From assembly GCA_951406725.2 (NCBI GenBank), contig OX597821.1, positions 620,001 to 684,000 on the forward strand: DNA of 64,000 nucleotides, in the 5' to 3' direction. The notes beneath the pieces were generated by a model. That model saw only the letters and a program-made list of their open reading frames with translations. It ran no database searches and was not told where the DNA came from. Of this stretch, positions 1 to 10,663 are shown one piece after another (within the stretch, counting starts at the first letter, position 1; each line of letters starts with the position of its first letter). Source of the stretch: Octopus vulgaris. Its lineage: Eukaryota. A program made the position numbers and the translations under genes.

Positions 1-44
1 TGTCAAGCAATGTTGAGGGGACAAACACAGACACACAAACGTAT

Positions 45-79
<35 letters not shown>

Positions 80-545
80 AGTTCAGCAAAATTTAGATTC
101 AAATGAATATGGTACTCCACTACCTTAAATGTTCTTAAAATTTAAATCCACATCTTTGTCTATATATCTACCTTCTATATAAGGTTATCACTTGATATGA
201 AAATTATGTATTAATGGAAAACCTCTATTAATGGCTGATGAGTGCTCAGCATTTTAAAACTGTTGTAATACTTACAACATTTAATAAAATGATGTAGTGC
301 GAAACAATCGTACCAAATTACCGAAGTTATTCTTGTTGCTTATTTTGATTATATATATATATATATATATACACATATATACGACGGGCTTCTTTCAGTT
401 TCTTTCTACCAAATCCACTCACAAGGCTTTGGTTGGCCTGAGGCTATAGTAGAAGACACTTGCCCAATGTGCCATGCTGTGGGACGGAACCCGGAACCAT
501 GTGGTTTGTAAGCAAGCTACTTACCACACAGCCATTCCTATGCCT
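1..545 (-). mobile_element. tRNA-derived SINE family S1 (partial), with an insertion in its internal microsatellite
   Basis: Matches copies at 36203-36593, 46782-47168 and 49846-50240: tRNA-like head (GGTTCCGGGTTC on the minus strand), GGGCAAGTGTCTTCT CORE-like box, internal (CA/TA)n. Confidence 0.85.
232..315 (+). ncRNA. Type I hammerhead ribozyme motif (Penelope-type, long stem II)
   Basis: TGG-CTGATGA (235-241), stem II GTGCT...AGTGC with inner TGTTGTAA/TTACAACA hairpin, GAAA (301-304), C-AATC-GTA, then CCA. Stem I TGG/CCA; predicted cleavage after 312. Confidence 0.7.
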
Positions 546-812
546 ATGTGTGTGTATTTCTGTTTGTAGATATATATCTTATGTGTGTGTATATTATATC
601 TATATAATCATTGTTTTTTTTATGTATATTTTTGTTCATTTGTCTATGCTGGCATGGATTGTGTGAGACTTCTTGATGCTGTGCTTTACAGATGGATCCC
701 TTCTTAATGCCAACTCTTTGTCTTTTATGACATGCAGAGATATGGCATAGTATCAATTCTAAAAGCCATGATACACACTGGATATATATGTGTATATATA
801 TATATATTTTAA

Positions 813-997
813 TGGTGGAACTCTAAAGTAGATGAAGCTATAAGTAACAGCATGTAGAAAACTAAGTTAAAAAGAGCCCTTGGATGGGTAAAGAAAGCCA
901 AAGGCTGTTTATGGGACTTCTGACATTTTCATATCAAAGGGTTTTTTTAACCCAATATTCTATATATTCATAGCTTTATCTACTTCAAGTTCCACTA
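813..997. repeat. Degenerate inverted repeat (foldback) beside (TA)n
   Basis: GTGGAACT..AAGTAGATGAAGCTAT pairs with ATAGCTTTATCTACTT..AGTTCCAC; inner GTTAAAAAGAGCCCTTGGAT pairs with ATCAAAGGGTTTTTTTAAC. Confidence 0.7.
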
Positions 998-1049
998 GTA
1001 CAAAAAAAATTACTTTATATCTCTCAAAACATTTTAATCCTTATAATGT

Positions 1050-1085
<36 letters not shown>

Positions 1086-1333
1086 TCATACATACACATT
1101 TAGTGATAGAAATAAATCCTTGAAAGCTATAACAAGAATATTTCTTCGTGCAAAGCTTGTTTGCAAAGAGCACAGTAAAATAGAAAAAGTTATAACTTCA
1201 GAGCAATACATATACACGTGTGTGTATGTTAAAGTGTGTGTGTATGTGAGAGGGAGAGAGAGAAAGAAAGAAAGAGAGAGAGAGAGACACACACACACAG
1301 AATGTGTACATATATATATGCACGTACAAGTGC

Positions 1334-1386
<53 letters not shown>

Positions 1387-1478
1387 ATATATATTCACAT
1401 TCAAAATGTGACCTCGTGTGTACCGTTGGCGATTTTTTTTCCTCTGTCTTCCCTTCTCTGGATCTTTTCTTCTCCTAT

Positions 1479-1513
1479 GTTTCCGACGAAGAGCTCCGCT
1501 CGAAACGTTAAAC
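1479..1513 (+). ncRNA. Minimal hammerhead-like motif (variant core CCGACGA) in a short TA-flanked element (about 1390-1617)
   Basis: GTTT-CCGACGA-A-GAGC tcc GCTC-GAAA-CGTT-AAAC. Stem I GTTT/AAAC, stem II GAGC/GCTC, palindromic AACGTT. Confidence 0.6.
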
Positions 1514-2343
1514 CCTCCTTCTTTCCTTCTTTCCTGAGCATCCAATAATACTATATTTGTTCCATGTCCTCGCGTTGTTGTGTTTTCTCTTTGTGTTTTC
1601 ATGTTTGGATTAACTTTATATATATGTATGTATACATATAATTGGTAGAGAGGAGGAAATAACTATTTCTCTAAAAGTGTAGCAGTAGAGATTGTTGTAC
1701 TGGATGTCATAGACTTGAGAGTAACTTCTACTTTAGGCACAAGGCCAGCAAATTGAGAAACAAGTTAGTCAACACCATTGACTTCCCTTTCAAGTACTTG
1801 ACGGGTATTTTATTTTATATCTTATTATTATCCTTTTTTACTTTCCTTAAAGTTTAAAATTTCCCAAGAGATTAAACTAATCATAAAGCTGTCTTTGAAA
1901 AGATTTAGCAGTACTAAAATCTAATGGACCCACCAAAGAAGTTTTAAGAAATTTCACCTTGTTTAGATCAAATTACCCTACAATCCCCTATTAGATAACT
2001 TTCTGCCACAGGGTCACCTTATTACCAACAGATGCCAAGATTTCTCCACCTTAAGGAATATGCCATGCATATATAATAAAATTATGAATATGTAATTAAA
2101 CACACTAATAGCACAAAAATGTATTTCCATATTAATTAAAACCAATTTATCACTATTTCTTGCAAGCCTCCTAGCACAGCTTTTATGGCACTCTAAGGTT
2201 CTGTAGATAAATACTGTATCAGAATATGATACAAAATGCATGCAGAGCAATAATTATGGTTCATTATGTTTCAGCTTTCAACAAATGTGGCTGAGGTCAA
2301 CTTTCCCCTCCTCTGTTCCTGGATTCAATAAAATCAAGCACCC

Positions 2344-5300
2344 ATGATCCCGGACCACGGGGAGAGAATAAAGCATCAAACAGGGATGGGAATAAACGAA
2401 ATGGACAATGAGAAAGGAAACGGTATAGGAAAGGTAGATGAGGAGTTTAGCTGCTGCGGAAAGGTGTTGGCTAGTTACATCGGGCTGAGAATCCACCAAG
2501 GGAAGGTGTGTCAAAAGAAAGTAATTCAACAATGCGGGTTGATAAACCATAAGACGTGTGGCCAGAACCCCCCGGAAAATAACCATAGTGAGGTTCATTC
2601 CACAGATGAATTGGAACAGTCAAAAAGACTGATAGGTGTGAAGTGGACAAAGGCTAAATGGCCGAAAGCAAATGACGCGGCGAGTTATAAAAAATTTGAC
2701 AACGAGGTAGCAAGAATGACCACCAAATTCAAAGGCGACGACGAATAAAGGCTCGAAAACCTGGCTAATACTATCTACCAGGAAGGAGAGAAAAGATTTG
2801 GACTGGAAACAACAGGGAAGGTAGAATTAACGGCAAAGAGCGGACCATCGAGGAGAGAAAGACAGATCGCAAAGATTCGAGAAGAGATGAAAAAACTCAG
2901 AACCAGATGGAGGGATGCAAAGGAGGAGGAAAGAGAAGGGCTAAAGCAGCTATATGAAGAGTTAAACAAGAGGCATCGAGATCTGCTAAGGAAACAAAGA
3001 AGGAGGAGCAGAAGAAAGGAGAGAGAAAAGAACTATCGTAGCTTTGTGAACAATCCCAATCAATATGCGAAACATCTATTTACTGAAAGTAAAAGCGGAA
3101 AATTGGATTGTACTAAAGAAGAGCTCGAACAACATCTGAATGAGACATACAGTGACTCCGACAGAAATGAAGTACTCCCAGAAATGCACGGACTGAAGAA
3201 ACCACCTGAAGCAAGAGTACCATTTGATTTGAGCGACATCAAACGGAAAGAAATGGATGAGTTCATAAGAAAAGCAAGAACAAAAAGTTCAGGGAATGAT
3301 GGAGTGATCTACAAGGTATATGAATATAGCCCGAAATTACGTTTGCACCTGTTTGCACTGATAAGAGAAATGTGGAAGAAGAAAGATGTAGCGGAGCGAT
3401 GGTGTATAGCCGAAGGTATCTTTCTACCTAAAGAAAAAGAGGGGGAAAACACTAGGTCAATTTAGACCAAACTCATTATTAAATACAGATGGGAAAATCA
3501 TGTTCGGAATAATTGCTAGACGAATCATAAGATTTGTACAGCATAACGGATACGTTAATGAAGCAATTCAAAAAGCAGGAATCCCCAGAATCCCTGGGTG
3601 CATAGAACATGCATTTTCCATCTGGGAAGCCATCACCTGTGCAAAACAACTGAAGAAAAACCTGTATATTGTTTGGCTAGATCTTGCCAATGCTTATGGA
3701 TCTGTTCCGCACGCAATAATATAAACAGCAATGGACTTCTTTTGGATTCCATTAAGATGTTCAATGAATGCTCATGTCGTACTACGACAACCTGAGGATG
3801 AGATTTACAGCAGGACATTTCACAACGGAGTGGCAACGGCTTGAAACAGGTATTGCAGCCGGATGCACGATATCAGTCATCTTATTCGTGCTAGTCATGG
3901 AAATGCTACTCAGATCTACAAACTGTGAGAAAGCTGTTACTAAGACACCATTAAGGGCTTTTATGGACGATGTAACTATATTATCGGAAAGTAGAGACGC
4001 AGCAGAGGGAACGTTAGAGCGGTTGGACGAACTGATTGGATGGGCAAGGATGAAATTCAAAGCCAAAAAATCTCGAAGCGTGGCTTTCGTGAAAGGAAGG
4101 CAAGAAGAAGTGAAATTCAGGATAGGTGGTGAAGACATACCAACAGTGAAAAAACAACCAGTAAAGAGTCTCAGCAGATGGTATAGAGATTTATTAAATG
4201 ATAAGAAGCAAGGGAAAGAAACACACGAGTTAGTAGAACAAGGATTAAAGGCAATTGACAGAACAACGCTGCCTAGAAAATTCAAATGTTGGATACTACA
4301 ATTTGGGCTGTACCCAAGAATAATGTGGCCATTGCAAATGTACGAAATAACCTCAAGTAGAGTAGAAAGGATGGAACAAAGATGCAGTGTGTTTATCAGA
4401 AAATGGCTTGGTCTGCCGAAACCACTGAATACAACTGCATTATATGGAAAACCCGTGCTGCAACTACCAATAACATCAATCGCCGAAGAATATAAGGCAG
4501 GAAAGGCAAGGACAGTAATGATGCTAAGGTATTCAAAAGATCAGAGCATCCGGGAAAACCCTCCAAAGGTACGAACAGGGAGGAAATGGAAGGCGGAAGA
4601 GGCAGTAAACAGGGCAATCGGAAAACTAAAGCATGCAGTTATAGTCGGAGTAACGCAAGAAGCTAGAACCAGCCTAGGGTCGCAAAATTTCAGGCCATTT
4701 TGCAAGAGCAGTGTATAAGAGATGAAAGAGGCAGTGGTATACAAAGTGAGAAAGGAGGAAGAAGAAAGGCGAAATGTACATTTGGTGCAATGCAGTCAAC
4801 AGGGACAGTGCCTGAGATGGGAGGAATATGTGATCAGCCGCAGAATATCATGGAAGGAACTTTGGGCTTGGGAACAAGCAAAAACATCCTTCCTGATCAA
4901 GTCTACCTTTGATGTTCTACCTTCACCAGCGAACTTAGTCCGGTGGAACATAAACATAACCGATGAGGGTAGATGTGGAGAGAAAGCGACAGTTAGACAT
5001 GTTCTGTCAGGTTGCAGACTAGCACTTGAAAGATATACATAGCGGCATAATCAAGTCCTTGGTGTCATAAGCGCAGCACTCAAGGAGAAGATTGAGAGGT
5101 ACAATAGGGGAGAGTACCCAAAAGTAGAAAAGTGCAGGAAAGTATACTTCCACAAGGAGGGAAAAGGTTATAAAATTAGGCCTACAAGTAAAGTATATGA
5201 GATGGACAAAAGATGGAAGGGATACTGGGAGGTGGCCACGGACTTGGAAAGACAAGTAGTATTTCCACTAATAAAAACAACAAAAAGACCGGATTTAGTT

Positions 5301-5651
5301 CTATGGAACAGAGGCTGGAGAATGGGAATTTTACTAGAACTGACAGTACCTTGGGAAGAGAACATCGGCAATGCAGAGGAACAAAAGGAGAAGAGGTACG
5401 AAAAGCTAATCGAAGAATGCAGAGAACAGGGATGGAATGTTGAATATTATCACCTGGCAGTGGGGGATAAAGGCTTCATTGAAAGGAAAATGACAACGCT
5501 TTTCAAAAGAAGATTTGTTTTTTCTAGCTCGGAGCTGTGAAAACTAATAAGGAGAGTACAGGAGGTGGTCGAAAAAGCCAGCTTCTATATATGGCTGAAG
5601 CGGGAAGACCGAAAATGGCTTGAAAGCCATAAACACGCTGACGGGAAATAA
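2344..5651 (+). pseudogene. Disrupted reverse transcriptase / restriction-like endonuclease polyprotein of the HERO-like element
   Basis: N-terminal CCGKVLASYIGLRIHQGKVC; RT motifs WLDLANAYGSVPH, GIAAGCTIS, AFMDD; knuckle CGEKATVRHVLSGC..RYT*RHNQVL; REL RPDLVLW..ILLELTVPWEE; end EKASFYIWLKR. Stops at 2746, 3722, 4716, 5040 and 5538; frameshifts near 3440 and 3740. Confidence 0.92.
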
Positions 5652-5788
5652 CATCATTAGGTGAGACAAGCTGACTGACAGGTGACGGTCGTTTAGAAAA
5701 AGCGTGGGCTAAAGCTATGCGCCTTCACTAGTCAGTTAAGGTGAGACAGTGTCACATGACAACTTGTCGGGGCTGCCTGCTGCAGCCT

Positions 5789-6130
5789 GGTGGTGACCCC
5801 CTTTTATCAGACACTGACCATGGGTTTGCACCTAGAGAGTTACCCTCTGAGGCACAAGTCTGGGCAAGGTTGTTTTTTATGGAAGAACAGCAGTCGCCCA
5901 TGCATACCAGCCTCCCCTCTCCACGCCTCCAGTGTTATCCAAGGGAAAGGCAAAGGGGCTGATACAGTTTGGCACCTGTGACGTCGCAACTCATTTCTAC
6001 AGCTGAGTGAACTGGAGCAACGTGAAATAAAGTGTCTTGCTCAATAACACAACACGCAGCCCGGTCTGGAATTCGAGCTCACAACCTCACGATCGTAAGC
6101 TCGGCGCTCTAACCACTGAGCCACGCGCCT
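5789..6130 (-). mobile_element. tRNA/CORE-like SINE family S3 inserted in the HERO 3' UTR
   Basis: Head GGCGCGTGGCTCAGTGG...TCGAATTCC and TTGAGCAAGACAC box; flanked by GCCTGCTG(C/G)AGCCT at 5775-5788 and 6127-6140; near-identical copy at 23207-23550. Confidence 0.9.
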
Positions 6131-6439
6131 GCTGGAGCCTATGTGGCAGGTATTTAAAGGGAGAAATTTGACAAAACAGTCAGTCACCGGCTGACACTCG
6201 CTGACGATACATCGAAGAGGCCAGGGAACAGAAGAAAGAAGACATGCACCCAACACCAGAGCTGAAGACACCTCCGAAAGGAGGGGGGGCCCGCCACATC
6301 AAAACGGTAGAGGAGTAGGGGCCGAAACCAGACGTGGTTCCTCCTGATAATGTCTTGAGCTAACTGGATCCTATAAAGGAGCTGTTGTGGTAGCAGACCA
6401 CGGAACACGGTTGTAATTCCTCCTAAGCACCAGTCAAAT

Positions 6440-6868
6440 GATAGGATATATCTGATATCCCTATAAAGTATGTTAGAAGTGAAAAGAATCAAAATAGAAG
6501 TTTAAGTCTAAGATTATCCAGAACCTTCATTATTGGTTTGTCTGAGTCCTGAGATTGATTTAATATCCCTATAAGGCATTGTAGATGAGAAAGGAATCAA
6601 AGTAGGTTTAAGTCTAAGATTATCTAGAGGCTCCATTATTAGTTTGTCTGAATACCAGTTAAATACTGGGGGTGATTTAAAATCCCCATAAAGCATTGTA
6701 GACGTGAAAGGAATCAAAATACAAGACTAAGGTTTACTTTGTTCTTCAACCTTCTTGGTTGCTAAAATAAAAATCCTGTTGAATTAATATCCTTGTAAAG
6801 TATACTAAATGTGAATGGAATTATTATAATGGAAGACTGAGATTACCTAGAGGCTCCCTGTAGGTTTA
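6440..6868. repeat. Degenerate tandem repeat of about 110 bp, 4 units
   Basis: ATATCCCTATAAAG...GAATCAAA...AAGTCTAAGATTATC recurs at about 6455, 6563, 6681 and 6787. Confidence 0.75.
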
Positions 6869-7120
6869 TACAGGGTCTCCCAGAATATCTATTTCAGTGA
6901 AATCAGACATTTTTAAAAAAAAATCATTTTTATTTATGCTTATCATGTTTAATATGTGTTAAAAGCGTATAAATTTGTTATTTGGTTTATGATTTTATAA
7001 CTTTTATAAATTTTTGAATAATTTTATTTTCATTCCTGTTGGATCCTGTCCATGATAAGTTTTTTTCAATTTAGCTTCAATCATTTTCTCTACCCCCATC
7101 CCCAGGATGGAGCAACTTAA

Positions 7121-7340
7121 CCCTTTCGTTACCAACCTGGCTGAAACCAGCTCTGGCTCTGAGTACAAATGTCTTGTTTTCATAAGTTTTGAATTAAAAT
7201 CTTCCATCAAACCTCAGTCACAATTTATGTTCCTAACTCTAGCTGAATGATAACTAAGTTTTTTTACTAAATTCTTTGTTATATTTGAAGTAATTGAAAG
7301 AAATACAGAGCATCTCAGAATAAATACAGTAATGAAAGGG
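7121..7340. mobile_element. piggyBac-type MITE
   Basis: TTAA-CCCTTTCGTTAC ... GTAATGAAAGGG-TTAA. Confidence 0.85.
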
Positions 7341-7477
7341 TTAAAGAACACATTTGGTTGGCAGTGTAGGAGATAACTCTTGAAATTCTTCAAAATGGGT
7401 TTTGCAACGCAAAGAAGAGATTTAAAATTTGCAAGAATACAGACAGAACACATGTTTGAAGGTTTTCAATAAAATTT

Positions 7478-7850
7478 ACTCTTTTACTTGTTTCAGTTAT
7501 TTGAGTGTGGCCATGCTGGAGCACTGCCTTGAATGGTTTTAGTTGAACAAATTGGCTCCAGGGGGATTTATTTCTTAAGCCTAGTACTTATTCTATTAGT
7601 CTCTTTTGTCGAACTGTTAAGTTACAGGGATGTAAACACACCAACACTGGTTGTCAAGCATGATGAGGGGGATGAACACACACACAAACACGCATAGATA
7701 TATACATCTATCTATATATATATACAATGGGCTTCTTTCAGTTTTCATCTACTAAATTCACTCACGAAGCTTTGATCAGCCCAAGACGCTTGCCCAACGT
7801 GCCACACAATGGGACTGAACCTGGAACCATGCAGTTGGGAAGCAAGCTTT
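7478..7850 (-). mobile_element. SINE S1 copy
   Basis: Tail CTCTTTTACTTGTTTCAG...GGCCATGCTGGAGCAC through the tRNA-like head. Confidence 0.8.
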
Positions 7851-7894
7851 ATTTGTTTTGGTTTCATAATTAAGTAATAAACATATAATTCTGT

Positions 7895-8419
7895 CAGTAT
7901 TATCTTTTAACCCTAGGAAAACATCTTTACCAGTTGGTTACTGGCACTCAGTTTGTTATTTCTTTATTGCCCACAAGGGGCTAAACACAGAGGGGACAAA
8001 CAAGAACAGACAAAGGGATTAAGTTGATTACATCAACCCAAGTGCATAACTGGTACTTAATTTATCGAACCCGAAAGGATGAAAGGCAAAGTCGACCTTG
8101 GCGGAATTTGAACTCAGAAAGTAACGGCAGACGAAATACCGCTAAGTATTTCGCCTGGTGTGCTAAGGTTTCTGCCAGTTCACCGCCTTATCGGCACACA
8201 GTTTGTGCCCATACAGTATATGTAAGGGAGGTCATCACTTCCATTTCTAGTCATATGTAAGGCTAGAGATGGGAGCAATGGCCTCCCTTGCATATAACAA
8301 TATGGGCACAAACTGTATGCCTGTAGCCAACTGGAAAAGATGTTTTCCTGGGGCTAAAAGACAGTAACATTGTCCTTATATAGGACTGCCACATTATGTT
8401 GGCAAATAAGCTTTACTAT
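7895..8419. mobile_element. Palindromic foldback element interrupted by an S2 SINE
   Basis: Left arm 7895-7956 plus 8193-8252 pairs with right arm 8261-8368; outer sequence shared with 29724-29994. Confidence 0.7.
7957..8190 (-). mobile_element. SINE family S2
   Basis: Minus-strand head ending in GAGTTCAAATTCC, then GGTCGACTTTGCCTTTCATCCTTTCGGG; 14-bp TSD GGCAC(T/A)CAGTTTGT at 7943-7956 and 8193-8206. Confidence 0.88.
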
Positions 8420-8884
8420 TCAGTACTGTTACTGTATATCTCTTGCTCAGAGATTTAAAACACTTTGTCAGTAGTTTTAAAATTTACCCAATTTCATTCA
8501 GATAGATGGACACTTAATTCTGGGACACCCTGTATAAGTACCAGTCAAGTTATGGGGTCAACTTAATAATACTCCTACAAACCATTATATAGACATGAAT
8601 GGAATTATAACCAAAGACCAAGACTAACTACAAGTCAACAACAAGAACAACAATGATATAAGCTACAAGAATATCTACACCCTCTTTCCCACACCCTCCC
8701 ACTCCCACACTCACTCTACCTCCTACCCTTACCATTCCATGTAGGAAAATGTTTGAAAATCTGACTCATTGTGTTGGGCCTTAAAAATAGCTCAAGGAAT
8801 CCTGTAAAGGATCGGAATGTATTTCGGTCAGATGACTTATTTATTTATTGTTTTGCACTACTTGCAAGTCAGTGCAGCTGCAAT

Positions 8885-9250
8885 ACCCCTCCCCTCCACA
8901 CCCAGCAGCTAGCAGAAGCACTAACTGCACCACTGATGCCGCCACCACCACCACTATCATTTGCTGCACTACAAGAACTACCAGCACCACCACCACCACC
9001 ACCATTTCAAGCTGTAACAGAAGCTGTAACTGCACCACCACTACCTCCACCACTACCAGCAGTAGCAGATGCACTAACTGCACCACTGGCGCCACCTACA
9101 CCACCACTATCATTTGCTGCACTTCCAGAACTACCAGCACCACCACCACCATTTCAAGCTGTAACAGAAGCAGTAACTGCACCACCACCACCACTCCCAG
9201 CAATTACATAAGCACTAACTGCACTGACACCACCACCACCACCATCATCA
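8885..9250. repeat. ACC-rich low-complexity tract with a 150-170-bp internal duplication
   Basis: GCACTAACTGCAC recurs near 8898, 9071 and 9212; CTATCATTTGCTGCACT and ATTTCAAGCTGTAACAGAAGC each occur twice. Confidence 0.75.
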
Positions 9251-9434
9251 TTCCTAGGAGCAGTTTGTTGCACTTGCTGCACAACTACTTCCACCTCCTC
9301 CACTAACATGACCACCACCGACAGGAAGTGCAATATTATGCACAAAGTAAGAAATAAATGGAAGATGATGTTGGTGAAAGGCAGAGGGAGCAATATATGT
9401 GCATGAGTGTTTATGTGTATACATGTGTTGTAGA

Positions 9435-9468
<34 letters not shown>

Positions 9469-10663
9469 CTAGCATTAAAGACCCGTCGTTGCCGGGTCAT
9501 AGTGCTAGTGCATGTATATATGTGTATATATATGTGTACATATTACATGTACATCTATATATATATACATCTACACATAAAATACAAAATACAAAGTTAT
9601 ATCTTGATATCGCTAGCGATAACAATACTCAAAATATATAACAGACTGGAATTGTTAGCCCGTCTCTTGTAATTTCGATTAATTGTATCTTGTCCTCCCT
9701 CTTGTATAGAAGTGTGGCTACAATCCAGCCTACCCATACTTCTGGGGAAGGGTGGCATTTTAAATTTTTTTCCGAGACGTCCTACGTCCCAGATATAAAG
9801 GTAAAAATAAAATATTTCCACTTTGCAAGTTCAAGTCGAATACTCCCTTGCATGCTCCGTTGACTCAAACCTTGCTTCTATTGTGGTGAATTTACCGCCT
9901 CTGATTAGATAGATATCTTTCATAGTCGCACCAAGACACTTTTCGAAGGTGCTTTCCTCCAGGTGTTCAAATCTTCTTTTTTCTCTACATTGTATACTTT
10001 ATAGACAATAGTCTTTTCTTTAATTTAATTTTTTATTATCCATCTGGACTATTCCATTTCTGCACGCTAATTTTATTTTTAATTTATTCCCATTCATGTG
10101 AAACCACTTATTCAAGTTCAAGTCATTGATGCAATTTTATACCAATTGCTATTTTTACTTTCGTTATGTTACGGTTATATTATACATTAGTTTGATTTTA
10201 ATTATTACTTACTACATATAATTCAATTGTTATTATTTTTATCGTTAAAGTGAAAGTATCTGACATAAAATAGAGAAATGTTTTTGTTTCACTTTTAACA
10301 CGTAATACTGAAATAGTGGAGAAGATATGATATTGCTATGGGCTCGCTCTAGGCAAGAAGTTGAACATTTTTTTTTGCCCATGAAACTACATGGACCCTA
10401 AGTAAGGCATGTGTAAAATTTGAATGGAATTGGTTGTGTAGTTCTCAAGTTTTAGGGAATCGTAGTGGAGAAGATATGATATTGCTGTGGGCTCGCCCTA
10501 GGCAAAAAGTTGAACATTTTTTTTTGCCGATGACACTCCCCGGACCCTAAGTAAGGCATGTGTAAAATTTGAATGAAATTGGTTGTGTAGTTCTCAAGTT
10601 TTAGGGAAACACACAGACAGACAGACAGACAGACACACATTCTCAGTTTTATATATATAAAGA
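9469..10663 (-). mobile_element. Non-autonomous Helitron with a captured fragment and a 149-bp internal duplication
   Basis: Minus strand begins A|TCTTTATATATATAAAA and ends with hairpin ACCCGGCAACGACGGGT (9481-9497) then CTAG|T; duplication starts at 10314 and 10463. Confidence 0.85.

Larger units (their letters stand above)
2343..6424 (+). mobile_element. HERO-like (REL-endonuclease) non-LTR retrotransposon, near full length, decayed
   Basis: Single-ORF architecture: zinc finger, RT, zinc knuckle, REL. AAGCACC direct repeat at 2336-2342 and 6425-6431, with the interrupted SINE-like sequence resuming after it. Confidence 0.85.
6871..8532. mobile_element. Tc1/mariner-type non-autonomous element containing nested insertions
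   Basis: TIRs CAGGGTCTCCCAGAAT (6871-6886) and ATTCTGGGACACCCTG (8517-8532), 15/16 match; TA on both sides; the flanking repeat unit resumes after 8534. Confidence 0.7.

Noticed and set aside
5815-5925. HDV-like ribozyme in the S3 SINE body
   Set aside because: CATGGG/CCCATG and GAC/GTC pairings exist, but L3 and the P1.1 GG do not fit the HDV consensus.
8771-9306. Polyproline (formin FH1-like) or Thr-rich ORFs
   Set aside because: Low-complexity ACC repeat open in several frames, with no clear splice donor and no flanking domain.
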